Shown piece by piece: positions 5,688 through 15,373 of a DNA stretch of 18,277 bases. Each line of letters opens with the position of its first letter. Within the stretch, counting starts at the first letter, position 1. Origin of the DNA: Candidatus Omnitrophota bacterium (GTDB lineage: Bacteria > Omnitrophota > Gorgyraeia > JABMRN01 > RBG-13-46-9). Position numbers and translations under genes: made by a program. Where the stretch lies: NCBI GenBank assembly GCA_013203315.1, contig JABMQJ010000023.1, positions 1 through 18,277 on the forward strand, in the 5' to 3' direction. The notes under the pieces were generated by a model, which made no database searches, was not told where the DNA came from, and saw only the letters and a program-made list of their open reading frames with translations.

Positions 5688-8475
5688 CGACATAAAAATA
5701 AAAGCAAATCCGCGGATCAAGGATTTGGAAATAACATCTGTCGCCGTGAACTCAAAAGGCGTAAAAAAAGGAAGCCTTTTTATTGCCATAAAAGGTTCGA
5801 GATTTGACGGGCACGGCTTCATAGGCGAAGCATTCAAGAGGGGTGCCCTCGCCGCCATAGCAGAGGAAGCAGAAACCCTCAAAATGGCCCCGGATAAGCT
5901 CAAAAACATTGTTCGAGTCAAGGATACAAGAAAAGCGCTTTCGGTTGCAGCGAAAAATTTTTATCACTCGCCCTCAGAAAAACTAAAAGTCATCGGGATA
6001 ACAGGGACAAACGGCAAAACAACAATATCCCTCTTAATCGAAAGCATATTTAACGCCGCGCGTATTCCATGTGGGGTTATGGGCACGATTGAAAATAAGA
6101 TAGGCAACCGCCGCATCCCGGCCGAGCGCACCACTCCGGATGCGCTTGGGGTAAATGTTCTTCTCGATCAAATGCTGAAAAATGGGCTAAAGGCTTCTGC
6201 GATGGAGGTCTCAAGTCACGGCCTTGACCAGAAAAGAGTCGATGATATATCTTTTGACGCAGCCATTTTTACTAACCTTACCCACGAACACCTTGATTAT
6301 CATGGTGACTTATCGCGTTATTTCAAGAGTAAAACAAAGATTTTCACGCGCCTTAAGAAAGAAGGCGTTGCCATACTGAACGTCGATGATCGCCGCGTAG
6401 CATCATGCGCGAAAAATATGACCGAACACAAATATATTACATACGGCCTGAAGAAGACCGCTTACGTTAGTGCTGACATAAGAAGGATTGACCTGGACGG
6501 ATCAGCCTTTACGGTCAAGCTGCGCGGAAAGGGCGCGTTTTTAATTAACACGAGGTTGATTGGGTTGCACAATGTCTCCAACATCCTTGCTGCCGTGGCA
6601 GCCGGGGTCACGCAGGGCATAGATTTACGCGATATAAAAAATGGCATTGAGCGGGTAAACAGCATAAAGGGTAGGGTCGAGCCCGTGTGCACTGAAGAGG
6701 GGTTCAAGGTTTTTGTCGATTATGCCCATACTCATAATGCCCTGGAAAATGTTCTTACGTTTTTGAGCACGATTAAACGAAATAGAATTATTACAGTTTT
6801 TGGTTGCGGCGGCGATAGGGATAGGTCAAAAAGGCCTTTAATGGGGCGGGTCGCACAGAAATTGTCGGATTTCGTTATTGTAACCAGCGATAACCCGCGT
6901 AGCGAAGATCCCGGTAAAATAGCTCGCGACATAGAGCGCGGTATGAAAAAACAAAAGTATGTTGTCGTGAAAGACAGAAAAAAAGCTATCGAAACGGCAT
7001 TAAAAATCGCCTGCCCGGGGGATATTGTGTTAATAGCCGGTAAGGGCCATGAAAATGTTCAGATTATAGGAAAAAGAGAAATACCCTTTAATGACAAGAA
7101 GGTAGCCGAACAGGCAATAAATGAGATCAAAGCAAAAAAATCAAAAATGCCGATAGAACACGTTTTAAAAAGCCCCGGAAGTATTTCCATAGATACGCGA
7201 ACCATAAAAAAAGGCGATACATTCCTCGCTATACAGGGCGAGAGATTTGACGGCCATTGCTTTGTTAAAGAAGCATTTAAAAAAGGCGCGAAACTCGCCA
7301 TTGTTTCAAAAATACCACAATTACCCACAGCTTATAAAAGCCGCCTTATTTGCGTAAAAAATACTGTTAAAACTCTCGGCGACATAGCAAGGCTGCGCAG
7401 GTTAGAATTCAACACTCCGGTTGTCGCCATTACGGGAAGTAACGGCAAGACAACCGCAAAAGACCTTGCGGCCCACGTTCTAGGGTCCGGCTACAATGTT
7501 TTAAAAAACGAAACTTCAAAAAATAATCTAATAGGCCTTCCGCTCACGCTTTGCAAGCTTCAGAAAAAACACGGCGTGGCGGTGCTTGAAATGGGAATGA
7601 ACCACTTTGGTGAGATCAGGAAATTAAGCGAAATTGCAAAACCCAATATAGGGGTCGTGACGAATATCGGACCTTCGCACCTGGAATTTTTGGGTACACT
7701 TAGGAACGTTTATAAAGCAAAGGCGGAATTATTTGAATGCCTAACCAAGAAGGATACCGTCGTGCTGAATGCAGACGACTCATATCTCCGGAATCCAAAA
7801 AATGTAAAGGCAAAAAAAGTATATTTTGGTATAGAAAAAAAATGTTTTTTTCAGGCAAAAAATTTGATACATGAGAAAAACAGATGGACTTTTTCTCTGG
7901 GGAAAGAAAAAGGTTTTGAGCTAACGCTTTTAGGAAAGCATAATATCTACAATGCGTTGATAGCTATTGCAGTCGCAAGACAATTCGGCATCGAATTTTC
8001 CACAATCAAAAAGCGGATAAAAACATTCCGGCCGTCCTGTCCTATGAGACTCCAGTCCAAGCGCGTAAGGGGGGTAGAGATATTGGATGACAGTTACAAC
8101 TCGAACCCTCTGTCTATGGAATGCGCGATAGATACGCTCGCAGGACACGTTACGCGCGGGAAACGCATCGTTGTCACGGGCGACATGCTGGAATTGGGAA
8201 AAAACGCAAAAAGCATGCATGAAGAAGTTGGCGGTTTAATCGCACGCGGTCCGTTTGATACGCTTATAACGATGGGTAGGTTATCACGCTTTACAAGAAA
8301 CAGAGCAAGGGATAGGGGCATGCAGAGCCTGTATCACGCTGCATCGCACCGGGGCGCGGCCAGTCTTCTAAAAAAGATCACAAGGCCGGGAGATATTGTT
8401 CTAGTAAAGGGCTCCAGGGGCATGCAGATGGAAAAGGTTATAGAGGAGTTTAAAAGCTTGCCCGCAGGCAAGTAG
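5665..8475 (+). CDS. murE-murF: Fused MurE-MurF (meso-DAP ligase plus D-Ala-D-Ala adding enzyme)
   Basis: 936 aa uninterrupted. N-half: GITGTNGKTT, MEVSSHGL, TNLTHEHLDYH, DYAHT, GCGGDRD, SDNPRSE (DAP type), AGKGHE. C-half: SIDTR, RFDGH, ITGSNGKTT, LEMGMNHFGEI, DDSYNSNP, GDMLELG, VKGSRGM. TTG start overlapping ftsI. Confidence 0.96.
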   Translation: MKLKKLLNDIKIKANPRIKDLEITSVAVNSKGVKKGSLFIAIKGSRFDGHGFIGEAFKRGALAAIAEEAETLKMAPDKLKNIVRVKDTRKALSVAAKNFYHSPSEKLKVIGITGTNGKTTISLLIESIFNAARIPCGVMGTIENKIGNRRIPAERTTPDALGVNVLLDQMLKNGLKASAMEVSSHGLDQKRVDDISFDAAIFTNLTHEHLDYHGDLSRYFKSKTKIFTRLKKEGVAILNVDDRRVASCAKNMTEHKYITYGLKKTAYVSADIRRIDLDGSAFTVKLRGKGAFLINTRLIGLHNVSNILAAVAAGVTQGIDLRDIKNGIERVNSIKGRVEPVCTEEGFKVFVDYAHTHNALENVLTFLSTIKRNRIITVFGCGGDRDRSKRPLMGRVAQKLSDFVIVTSDNPRSEDPGKIARDIERGMKKQKYVVVKDRKKAIETALKIACPGDIVLIAGKGHENVQIIGKREIPFNDKKVAEQAINEIKAKKSKMPIEHVLKSPGSISIDTRTIKKGDTFLAIQGERFDGHCFVKEAFKKGAKLAIVSKIPQLPTAYKSRLICVKNTVKTLGDIARLRRLEFNTPVVAITGSNGKTTAKDLAAHVLGSGYNVLKNETSKNNLIGLPLTLCKLQKKHGVAVLEMGMNHFGEIRKLSEIAKPNIGVVTNIGPSHLEFLGTLRNVYKAKAELFECLTKKDTVVLNADDSYLRNPKNVKAKKVYFGIEKKCFFQAKNLIHEKNRWTFSLGKEKGFELTLLGKHNIYNALIAIAVARQFGIEFSTIKKRIKTFRPSCPMRLQSKRVRGVEILDDSYNSNPLSMECAIDTLAGHVTRGKRIVVTGDMLELGKNAKSMHEEVGGLIARGPFDTLITMGRLSRFTRNRARDRGMQSLYHAASHRGAASLLKKITRPGDIVLVKGSRGMQMEKVIEEFKSLPAGK

Positions 8476-8484
8476 GGAGATCAG

Positions 8485-9573
8485 ATGTTATACCATTTAT
8501 TGTATCCGCTCAGAGACTTATGGTTCGGATTTAACGTATTTCAGTATATTACCTTCAGGGCGGTCATGGGGAGTATTACCGCATTTTTGATAAGTGTAAT
8601 ACTCGGGCCTATCATTATCAGGAAGTTAACTTTTTTGAAAGTAGGCGAGTCACCGAGAAGACAGCATGTTGAAAATCTTTACAAGCTTCACAAACATAAG
8701 GAAGGCACGCCTACGATGGGTGGGATAATCATCCTACTGTCTCTGGTGCTGTCCGCGCTTCTATGGGCCAGGCTCGATAACAGGTTTGTTATTCTCTGCC
8801 TTATAAGCGTTCTTTGGCTCGGAGTGGTTGGCTTTATAGACGATTACATAAAACTAATTAAGGTCCGGTCGCTTGGACTTAGTGTCGCAGCAAAATTCAC
8901 GGGCCAGCTAATTCTGGGCATAGGCATTGCGCTGTATTTATTCTTTGATGCGCAATTCTCTACCCAGCTTTATGTGCCTTTTTTGAAACACGCCTTAATA
9001 AATTTAGGCATCTTCTATATCCCGTTTATTGTCCTCGTTATAGTCGGAACCAGTAATGCCGCAAATCTGACCGATGGCCTGGACGGTCTTGCCATAGGAT
9101 GCGTAACCTTTATAGCGCTTACTTACGGCGTCATTACTTACCTGACAGGCCACATAAAAATAAGCGAATACCTGAATATCTACTATCTTGCAGGAAGCGG
9201 TGAGCTTACGGTGTTTTGCGCGTGCTTAGCAGGTAGTGGTTTGGGCTTTTTATGGTTTAATTCTTACCCCGCTACGATTTTTATGGGTGACACCGGTTCG
9301 CTTCCCTTGGGAGGGGTGCTCGGCGTTATAAGTGTATTGATAAAAAAAGAAATTCTTCTACTCGTAGTAGGCGGCATATTTGTCGCGGAAGTTCTAAGTG
9401 TAATAATACAAATCGCGTCATACAGATTTTTTGGCAGAAGGGCGTTCCTTATGACACCCCTTCATCACCATTTTCAACTCCTGGGCTGGCCGGAATCCAA
9501 GGTTACCATACGATTCTGGATAGTGGCATTTATACTTGCACTTTTTGGCCTGGTGACGTTAAAATTAATGTAA
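8485..9573 (+). CDS. mraY: Phospho-N-acetylmuramoyl-pentapeptide transferase
   Basis: KEGTPTMGG, GFIDDY, NAANLTDGLDGLA, FMGDTGS, PLHHHF, multi-TM. SD GGGAG. Confidence 0.98.
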   Translation: MLYHLLYPLRDLWFGFNVFQYITFRAVMGSITAFLISVILGPIIIRKLTFLKVGESPRRQHVENLYKLHKHKEGTPTMGGIIILLSLVLSALLWARLDNRFVILCLISVLWLGVVGFIDDYIKLIKVRSLGLSVAAKFTGQLILGIGIALYLFFDAQFSTQLYVPFLKHALINLGIFYIPFIVLVIVGTSNAANLTDGLDGLAIGCVTFIALTYGVITYLTGHIKISEYLNIYYLAGSGELTVFCACLAGSGLGFLWFNSYPATIFMGDTGSLPLGGVLGVISVLIKKEILLLVVGGIFVAEVLSVIIQIASYRFFGRRAFLMTPLHHHFQLLGWPESKVTIRFWIVAFILALFGLVTLKLM

Positions 9574-9582
9574 AGGGAGCGA

Positions 9583-10953
9583 ATGGATCTACGTAATAAA
9601 AAAGTGACAGTTGTGGGAATGGGTTCAAGCGGCATCGATAGCGTACTACTTCTCGAGAGAGCCGGCGCAATCGTCTCAATTACTGATAGCGGCGATGATG
9701 AGAGCGTAAAAGAACGCGCCGAGTGCCTGGCAGAAAAATATATCAATCTTGAAACAGGAAGGCACACAGAGTCTTTCCTGGAAGACACTGAACTTTTGGT
9801 CGTTAGCCCCGGTGTGGAAAACGGAGCGCTGCCGATACGCTATGCAAATGAGAACAACATCCCGATAATAAGCGAACTGGAGCTCGGCTATCTTTTTTGC
9901 GAGGGGACCATAGTGGCCATTACGGGCACTAACGGTAAGACAACGGTGGCAACGCTTTTAGGGGAAATTTTACGCTCGGCCGGGATACCCGTAAATGTGT
10001 GCGGTAATATCGGAAACTCTCTATCGGGTGAAACAGGAAACATTAAAAAAGATACTGTGGTTATACTTGAGACAAGTTCATTTCAGCTCGAGAGAATCGA
10101 TTCTTTTAAGCCGAAAATTTCCGTTATACTGAATGTTACCGAAGACCATCTGGATAGATACCGAAACTTCGAGGAATACCTGGATGCCAAAAAAAGAATA
10201 TTCAAAAACCAGGAAACGGGAGATATTATCGTATTGAATTACGATGATAAAAATTTAAGGGACCTAATCAAAACCGGCAAGGTTAGATCAAAGGCGCTAT
10301 ACTTCAGTATGAAAAAGAAAGTTGACGGAATATATCTCGACCGCGGCAATATTAAGCTCTCTTTGAAGAATAAAACGAAGAATTTAATGGTGCCCGGGGA
10401 TTACAAATTAAAGGGCGCGCACAATACAGAGAACGTCATGGTGTCGTGTCTTGTGGCAACTTTACTCGGTGCGTCGCCGGATGCGGTAAAAAAGGCGGTG
10501 AAGAATTTTAAGCCGCTTGCGCACAGGTTCGAAAGCGTTGCCCTGGTAGGCGGAGTGGAATTTATAGATGACTCGAAAGCGACCAATATTGATTCTACCT
10601 CTAGGGCGCTTCTTTCGCTTGATAAGCCTGCTATCCTGATCGCGGGCGGCAAGGATAAAAATCTTTCCTACGAGAAGGTTTTACCGGCCATAAAGAAGAA
10701 TGTTAAGAAAATTATTCTGATCGGGGAAACAAAGCCTAAGATGCGAAAAATATTTAAAGATTTCGTAGACGTGAGAGAAGCAGATACTCTCCCGGAGGCG
10801 GTAATCCTTGCCTATAAGAGCGCCTCGCCCGGAGAATCCGTACTTCTTTCTCCGATGTGTTCCAGTTTTGACATGTTCGGTGATTACAAGGAGAGGGGCG
10901 AAGTGTTTAGAAGGGCGGTTGGGGAATTAAGAGTTAAAGATGCGGTCGATTAG
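9583..10953 (+). CDS. murD: UDP-MurNAc-L-Ala:D-Glu ligase
   Basis: VVSPGV, AITGTNGKTT, ETSSFQL, LNVTEDHLDRY, DDSKATN, LLSPMCSSFDMF, ERG. Confidence 0.97.
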   Translation: MDLRNKKVTVVGMGSSGIDSVLLLERAGAIVSITDSGDDESVKERAECLAEKYINLETGRHTESFLEDTELLVVSPGVENGALPIRYANENNIPIISELELGYLFCEGTIVAITGTNGKTTVATLLGEILRSAGIPVNVCGNIGNSLSGETGNIKKDTVVILETSSFQLERIDSFKPKISVILNVTEDHLDRYRNFEEYLDAKKRIFKNQETGDIIVLNYDDKNLRDLIKTGKVRSKALYFSMKKKVDGIYLDRGNIKLSLKNKTKNLMVPGDYKLKGAHNTENVMVSCLVATLLGASPDAVKKAVKNFKPLAHRFESVALVGGVEFIDDSKATNIDSTSRALLSLDKPAILIAGGKDKNLSYEKVLPAIKKNVKKIILIGETKPKMRKIFKDFVDVREADTLPEAVILAYKSASPGESVLLSPMCSSFDMFGDYKERGEVFRRAVGELRVKDAVD

Positions 10954-12025
10954 AAGATATATCCTTATTATCACGCTCATGCTTATCTCTATAGGCGTTG
11001 TCATGATATATTCCACAAGCGCCATATACGCGCATGAGAAGTTCGGAAGCAGCATATTTTTCCTAAAACGGCATCTTTGGTTTTTGCTGTCGGGTTTTAT
11101 TTTAATGTTTGGGGCGATGTCGGTTAATCTTACCGAGCTCCAAAAGCACGCCAGGATCCTGATGGTCTTATCAATTTTACTTTTGGTTGCTGTTCTTGTC
11201 CCAGACATAGGTTTTTCGGTGGGCGGCGCAAGGCGTTGGTTCAGGTTAGGGGGGTTCAGTTTTCAGCCATCCGAACTAGCAAAATTTACCCTCATAGTGT
11301 ACCTGGCGTCTTTTTTCAGCAGAAAGGGTTATAAAATTAAAGATCTTTTTTATGGCTATATCCCCGTGCTTTCAGTGGTTTCCGTAACGTGTCTTTTAGT
11401 CCTGCTCCAACCGGACCTGGGGACAGCCATTGCAATTTTCTTCATAGGAACGCTTACTATATTTATTGCGGGAGGAAGCCTCAAGCACTTGGTTTCGACA
11501 GCGCTTCTTGGCGTTCCTTTTTTATATTATGTAATTTTCAGCGTTCCGTACAGAAGAAGGCGCATGCTAATTTTTCTTAATCCCTGGCAAGATCAAAGGG
11601 GCGCCGGGTTTCAAATTATTCAATCCTTTCTCGCGCTTGGTTCGGGCGGGCTTTTCGGTGTGGGCCTGGGCCAGTCAAAACAAAAGCTTTTTTATTTGCC
11701 CGAGTCGCACACGGACTTTATATTTTCCATAATAGGGGAGGAGCTAGGGTTTTTAGGGTGCACATCTATAGTTTTACTATTCGGGGCGCTTTTCGCGCTT
11801 GGCATGAGAGCATTTTATAAGGCGCACCGCCCGTTTAACAAAATGCTTATTTTTGGAATAACAAGTATGATAGCCTTTGAGGCTGTAGTAAATATAGGCG
11901 TTGGTGTGGGCGCCTTTCCGACAAAGGGCCTGCCTCTACCGTTTATTAGCTACGGAGGATCATCGCTTGTATTTCACATGACGGCCATAGGGCTTATGCT
12001 AAATGCTATGAGAGGGGACCGATGA
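10940..12025 (+). CDS. ftsW: SEDS peptidoglycan glycosyltransferase FtsW
   Basis: GARRW, FQPSELAK, QPDLGT, GLGQSKQK, LPESHTDFIFS, LPFISYGGSS. Located between murD and murG. Confidence 0.96.
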   Translation: MRSIRRYILIITLMLISIGVVMIYSTSAIYAHEKFGSSIFFLKRHLWFLLSGFILMFGAMSVNLTELQKHARILMVLSILLLVAVLVPDIGFSVGGARRWFRLGGFSFQPSELAKFTLIVYLASFFSRKGYKIKDLFYGYIPVLSVVSVTCLLVLLQPDLGTAIAIFFIGTLTIFIAGGSLKHLVSTALLGVPFLYYVIFSVPYRRRRMLIFLNPWQDQRGAGFQIIQSFLALGSGGLFGVGLGQSKQKLFYLPESHTDFIFSIIGEELGFLGCTSIVLLFGALFALGMRAFYKAHRPFNKMLIFGITSMIAFEAVVNIGVGVGAFPTKGLPLPFISYGGSSLVFHMTAIGLMLNAMRGDR

Positions 12026-13119
12026 CTGTATTAATCGCATCAGGAGGAAGCGGGGGGCATATATTTCCCGCTACTGCGCTTGCAAAAGAGCTTGAGAAAG
12101 CCCAAGCAAGCGTAATCTTTGTGGCTAGCAGAAGGCACCTGGATACGGAAGTATTACAAAACGAAAAATATAAAAAAATATTTCTTTCCGCTAATCCCAT
12201 GCCTTACAGGCTGGGCCCGGGAACTTTTGTATTTTTATTTAAATTAATTCTCGACATGTTTCAGGCCGGTTATATTCTCGCGAAATTCCGGCCCGAGATA
12301 GTTGTTGGTTTTGGCGGTTACACGGGAGGAGCCATTTTACTGCTTGCGTCACTGATGGGAATAAAAACAGTGATACATGAGCAAAATTTGGTTCCGGGCA
12401 GGACAAATACTTTCCTTGACGGATTTGCTAACGAGATCGCGGTGAGCTTTGCCGAAACTAAGGATCACTTCGAAAGCAAGAATGTTACTCATACAGGTAA
12501 CCCCCTCCGCGAAGAGAGCCTGAAAGAATGCCGTTCGGACGCCATTAAAAGATTCAATCTGAAAAAAGACAAATTTACGATTCTTGTCATGGGGGGAAGC
12601 CAGGGGGCCCGCTCTCTAAACATCCTGGCTTCAACGAGCCTTGCTCTCCTGTCGCCAGAAAGAAAGGAAAAATTACAGGTTATCCACATCACGGGGCACC
12701 GGGACTTTGATAAAATTAAGGGTGTTTACCGTAAAAACGGAATACCTGCGGTGGTATTCGGATTCATTGTAAATATAAACGAAGCCTATAGCGCCTGTGA
12801 TATGGCCATAAGCCGAGCCGGCGCAGCGGCAATTTCTGAACTAGCGGCTTTTGGCAAGCCCATGATGCTGATACCCTATCCGAGCCGAAAGAATAACCAG
12901 CGTTTTAATGCCATGTTTTTTGCGGAAAACGTGGCAGCAATTTATAAAGATGAAAAGCATCTCACTGATACAGGGTTAAAAGATTTAATAATTGCCTTGA
13001 TGGAAAATCCGGATAAGCGGAAAATACTTTCTGAAAATGCGAAGAAACTTAGCATAGTTGACGGAGCCAAAAGACTAAAAGAGGTTGTGGAGAAATGCCA
13101 AACGACAAAATACAAATAG
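12022..13119 (+). CDS. murG: Lipid II GlcNAc transferase MurG
   Basis: GGSGGHIFPA, GFGGY, HEQNLVPGRTN, GNPLR, GGSQGA, SRAGA, Q-x-x-NA. ATGA overlap with ftsW. Confidence 0.97.
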   Translation: MTVLIASGGSGGHIFPATALAKELEKAQASVIFVASRRHLDTEVLQNEKYKKIFLSANPMPYRLGPGTFVFLFKLILDMFQAGYILAKFRPEIVVGFGGYTGGAILLLASLMGIKTVIHEQNLVPGRTNTFLDGFANEIAVSFAETKDHFESKNVTHTGNPLREESLKECRSDAIKRFNLKKDKFTILVMGGSQGARSLNILASTSLALLSPERKEKLQVIHITGHRDFDKIKGVYRKNGIPAVVFGFIVNINEAYSACDMAISRAGAAAISELAAFGKPMMLIPYPSRKNNQRFNAMFFAENVAAIYKDEKHLTDTGLKDLIIALMENPDKRKILSENAKKLSIVDGAKRLKEVVEKCQTTKYK

Positions 13120-14486
13120 AAAGAATTAAAGTACACTTAGTCGGGATTGGCGGTATAGGCATGAGCGGCCTTGCATTTATTTTGTCCGGAATGGGCGCAA
13201 GCGTTACCGGTTCTGATATCGAGGAAAACAGTATCATAAAGAAGTTGCGAGAAAGAAACGTTAACATTAACATCGGCCACAAGGCCGAGGCTATAACCGA
13301 TCAGGAGCTCTGCGTTTACTCAACAAGCATTCGAGAAAACAATCCGGAACTTTTAGCGGCAAGGGATAAAGGAATTCCTGTAATGCCACGGATCGAGCTT
13401 CTTAACCTAATAATGGAAAGATATGAAAAAGTAATAGGCGTTACGGGGACACACGGTAAAACCACGATTACCGCGATGGCGTCGCATCTTTTGGAAGTTG
13501 CCGGTATGGATCCCACGGTTTTAATCGGTGGAGAATCATCAAATTTTGACGGGAATGCAAAGCTTGGAAAAGGAAACGTGCTTGTCGCGGAGGTCGACGA
13601 AAGTGACGGACGGTTTGTCGTCCTGGATAATCTTACGCATATCATCATGCCTAATCTCGAAAAAGAGCACATGGAATATTACCGGAGCGAAGCCCATCTT
13701 CTTGATGTTTTCAAAAAGTTTTTAAGTGCGCAATCCGCAAAGAGCACATTTTTTTATAGGCAAGAAGACAGGAATTTGCAAAATCTTGCTTCAAACGCCT
13801 CAATGGGTAAAAAGAGTAGCTTCGGGTTTACTGACCGTTGCGATGTACGAGCGGCCAATGTAAGGATAGATATATTCAGGATTGAATTTGATTGTTTTTG
13901 CAGAGAGAAAAACCTGGGCGCTTTTACCATAAACATGCCCGGCATCCACAATGTTACAAACGCATTAGGCGTGATTTCTTTAGGAGTGGAATTGGGTATT
14001 GACCCCAGCATTATAAAGCAGGCGCTCTTAACCTATAAAGGTGTAAAAAGGCGCTTTGAAGTGATAGGCGAGGCCGGCGGCACTAAGATCGTGGAAGACT
14101 ATGCCCATCATCCCACGGAGATAAAAGCCACGATTGCCGCTGCGTATTCACTTAAACCGAAAAGGCTTATAACAATATTTCAGCCACACAGATATACCCG
14201 GACAAAATCATTTTACAAAGAATTCTCATTTTCTTTTGCGGGCTCGGATGAGGTGATACTTACGGAGGTATATTCCGCAAGCGAAGACAAGATAGAGGGC
14301 GCAGGCGCCAGGAGTATATACGATATCATGGCAAAAGGAAACTCCATTCCGGTTAAGCTTTTGGAAAAGGACGCGATACCCGGCTACCTGTCTAAAAAAG
14401 CAAAAAACGGAGACCTTATTCTTGTATTGGGTGCAGGCGACATAAATAAAACGGCACGTAAAATTTTATCTGAATTAAAGAAATGA
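13095..14486 (+). CDS. murC: UDP-N-acetylmuramate:L-alanine ligase
   Basis: GIGGIGMSGLA, GTHGKTT, EVDESDG, GVKRRFE, DYAHHPTEI, FQPHRYTRT, LGAGDI. Confidence 0.97.
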   Translation: MPNDKIQIERIKVHLVGIGGIGMSGLAFILSGMGASVTGSDIEENSIIKKLRERNVNINIGHKAEAITDQELCVYSTSIRENNPELLAARDKGIPVMPRIELLNLIMERYEKVIGVTGTHGKTTITAMASHLLEVAGMDPTVLIGGESSNFDGNAKLGKGNVLVAEVDESDGRFVVLDNLTHIIMPNLEKEHMEYYRSEAHLLDVFKKFLSAQSAKSTFFYRQEDRNLQNLASNASMGKKSSFGFTDRCDVRAANVRIDIFRIEFDCFCREKNLGAFTINMPGIHNVTNALGVISLGVELGIDPSIIKQALLTYKGVKRRFEVIGEAGGTKIVEDYAHHPTEIKATIAAAYSLKPKRLITIFQPHRYTRTKSFYKEFSFSFAGSDEVILTEVYSASEDKIEGAGARSIYDIMAKGNSIPVKLLEKDAIPGYLSKKAKNGDLILVLGAGDINKTARKILSELKK

Positions 14487-15373
14487 AAAAAAGAATCAAT
14501 TTTCCTAAAATTAAGGGCAAGCTTTGTTATAATGAGCCGCTTTCCGCTCATACTACATTCCGTATCGGAGGGCCTTGCGCGACATGGGTTGAGCCTCAGA
14601 ATGAAAAAGAGCTAAAGAATATTTTAAAATTTGCCCGGTCTAAAAAGAAGAAGATATTTATAATAGGCGCGGGAAGCAACATATTGTTTCGTGACAGGGC
14701 ATTTAACGGCATAATGATTCACCTCGGGAGCAAAAATTTTAGGAAAATTCATTTTACCGGAACGAAAGTGACAGTAGGCGCCGGCGCGATGCTAAGCCAA
14801 ATTATCATGCAGGCGTGCAAAAATGGTTTAAGCGGCATAGAGGGGCTGGTGGGTATTCCGGGAACGATGGGCGGGGCAATCTTTATGAATTCCGGTTACA
14901 ATAGGGTGGTGACGGACTCTCTAGACGAAATAAAAGTCATGGAGAGAAAAAGCGGCAATATCAGGCGTTTAAAAACAAAAAATATAAAGTTTGCATATAG
15001 ACATTCCGGGTTGAATAGTTATATAATGCTGGAGGCGACTTTGCGTTTGAAAAAAAATAATAGGAAAGTAGTTACAGAGGAAAGGGCGAGGCTTCTTGGC
15101 GCTAAAAAGAAAACTCAGCCGCTTCGCGAACGTAGCGCAGGTTGCGTATTCAAAAATCCGGATAACAGAATACCCGCTGCGCTTTATATCGAGATGTCGC
15201 AGCTTAAAGGTCGAAAAATCGGGGACGCAAAAATTTCTGAAAAACATGCAAATTTTATTATTAACACAAAAAGCGCTAAGGCAAACGATGTTTTGCGGCT
15301 CATCAACCTTGTTCGCAAGCGCGTGAAATCACGCTTTAATATAAATCTGATTCCGGAGATAGAAATTGTTTAA
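14483..15373 (+). CDS. murB: UDP-N-acetylenolpyruvoylglucosamine reductase (short, type II-like)
   Basis: HTTFRIGG, IGAGSNIL, GIPGTMGGA, FAYRHS, SAGCVFKNP, SEKHANFIIN. Confidence 0.96.
   Translation: MKKRINFPKIKGKLCYNEPLSAHTTFRIGGPCATWVEPQNEKELKNILKFARSKKKKIFIIGAGSNILFRDRAFNGIMIHLGSKNFRKIHFTGTKVTVGAGAMLSQIIMQACKNGLSGIEGLVGIPGTMGGAIFMNSGYNRVVTDSLDEIKVMERKSGNIRRLKTKNIKFAYRHSGLNSYIMLEATLRLKKNNRKVVTEERARLLGAKKKTQPLRERSAGCVFKNPDNRIPAALYIEMSQLKGRKIGDAKISEKHANFIINTKSAKANDVLRLINLVRKRVKSRFNINLIPEIEIV

Noticed and set aside
7147-7149. Internal ATG as a separate murF start
   Set aside because: There is no upstream in-frame stop and no SD. It cannot be fully excluded without proteomics.
15126-15137. 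12-mer GCGAACGTAGCG shared between murB and the post-tRNA hairpin (92-103)
   Set aside because: Several 12-mer matches are expected by chance in 18 kb, and the murB copy has no flanking stem.
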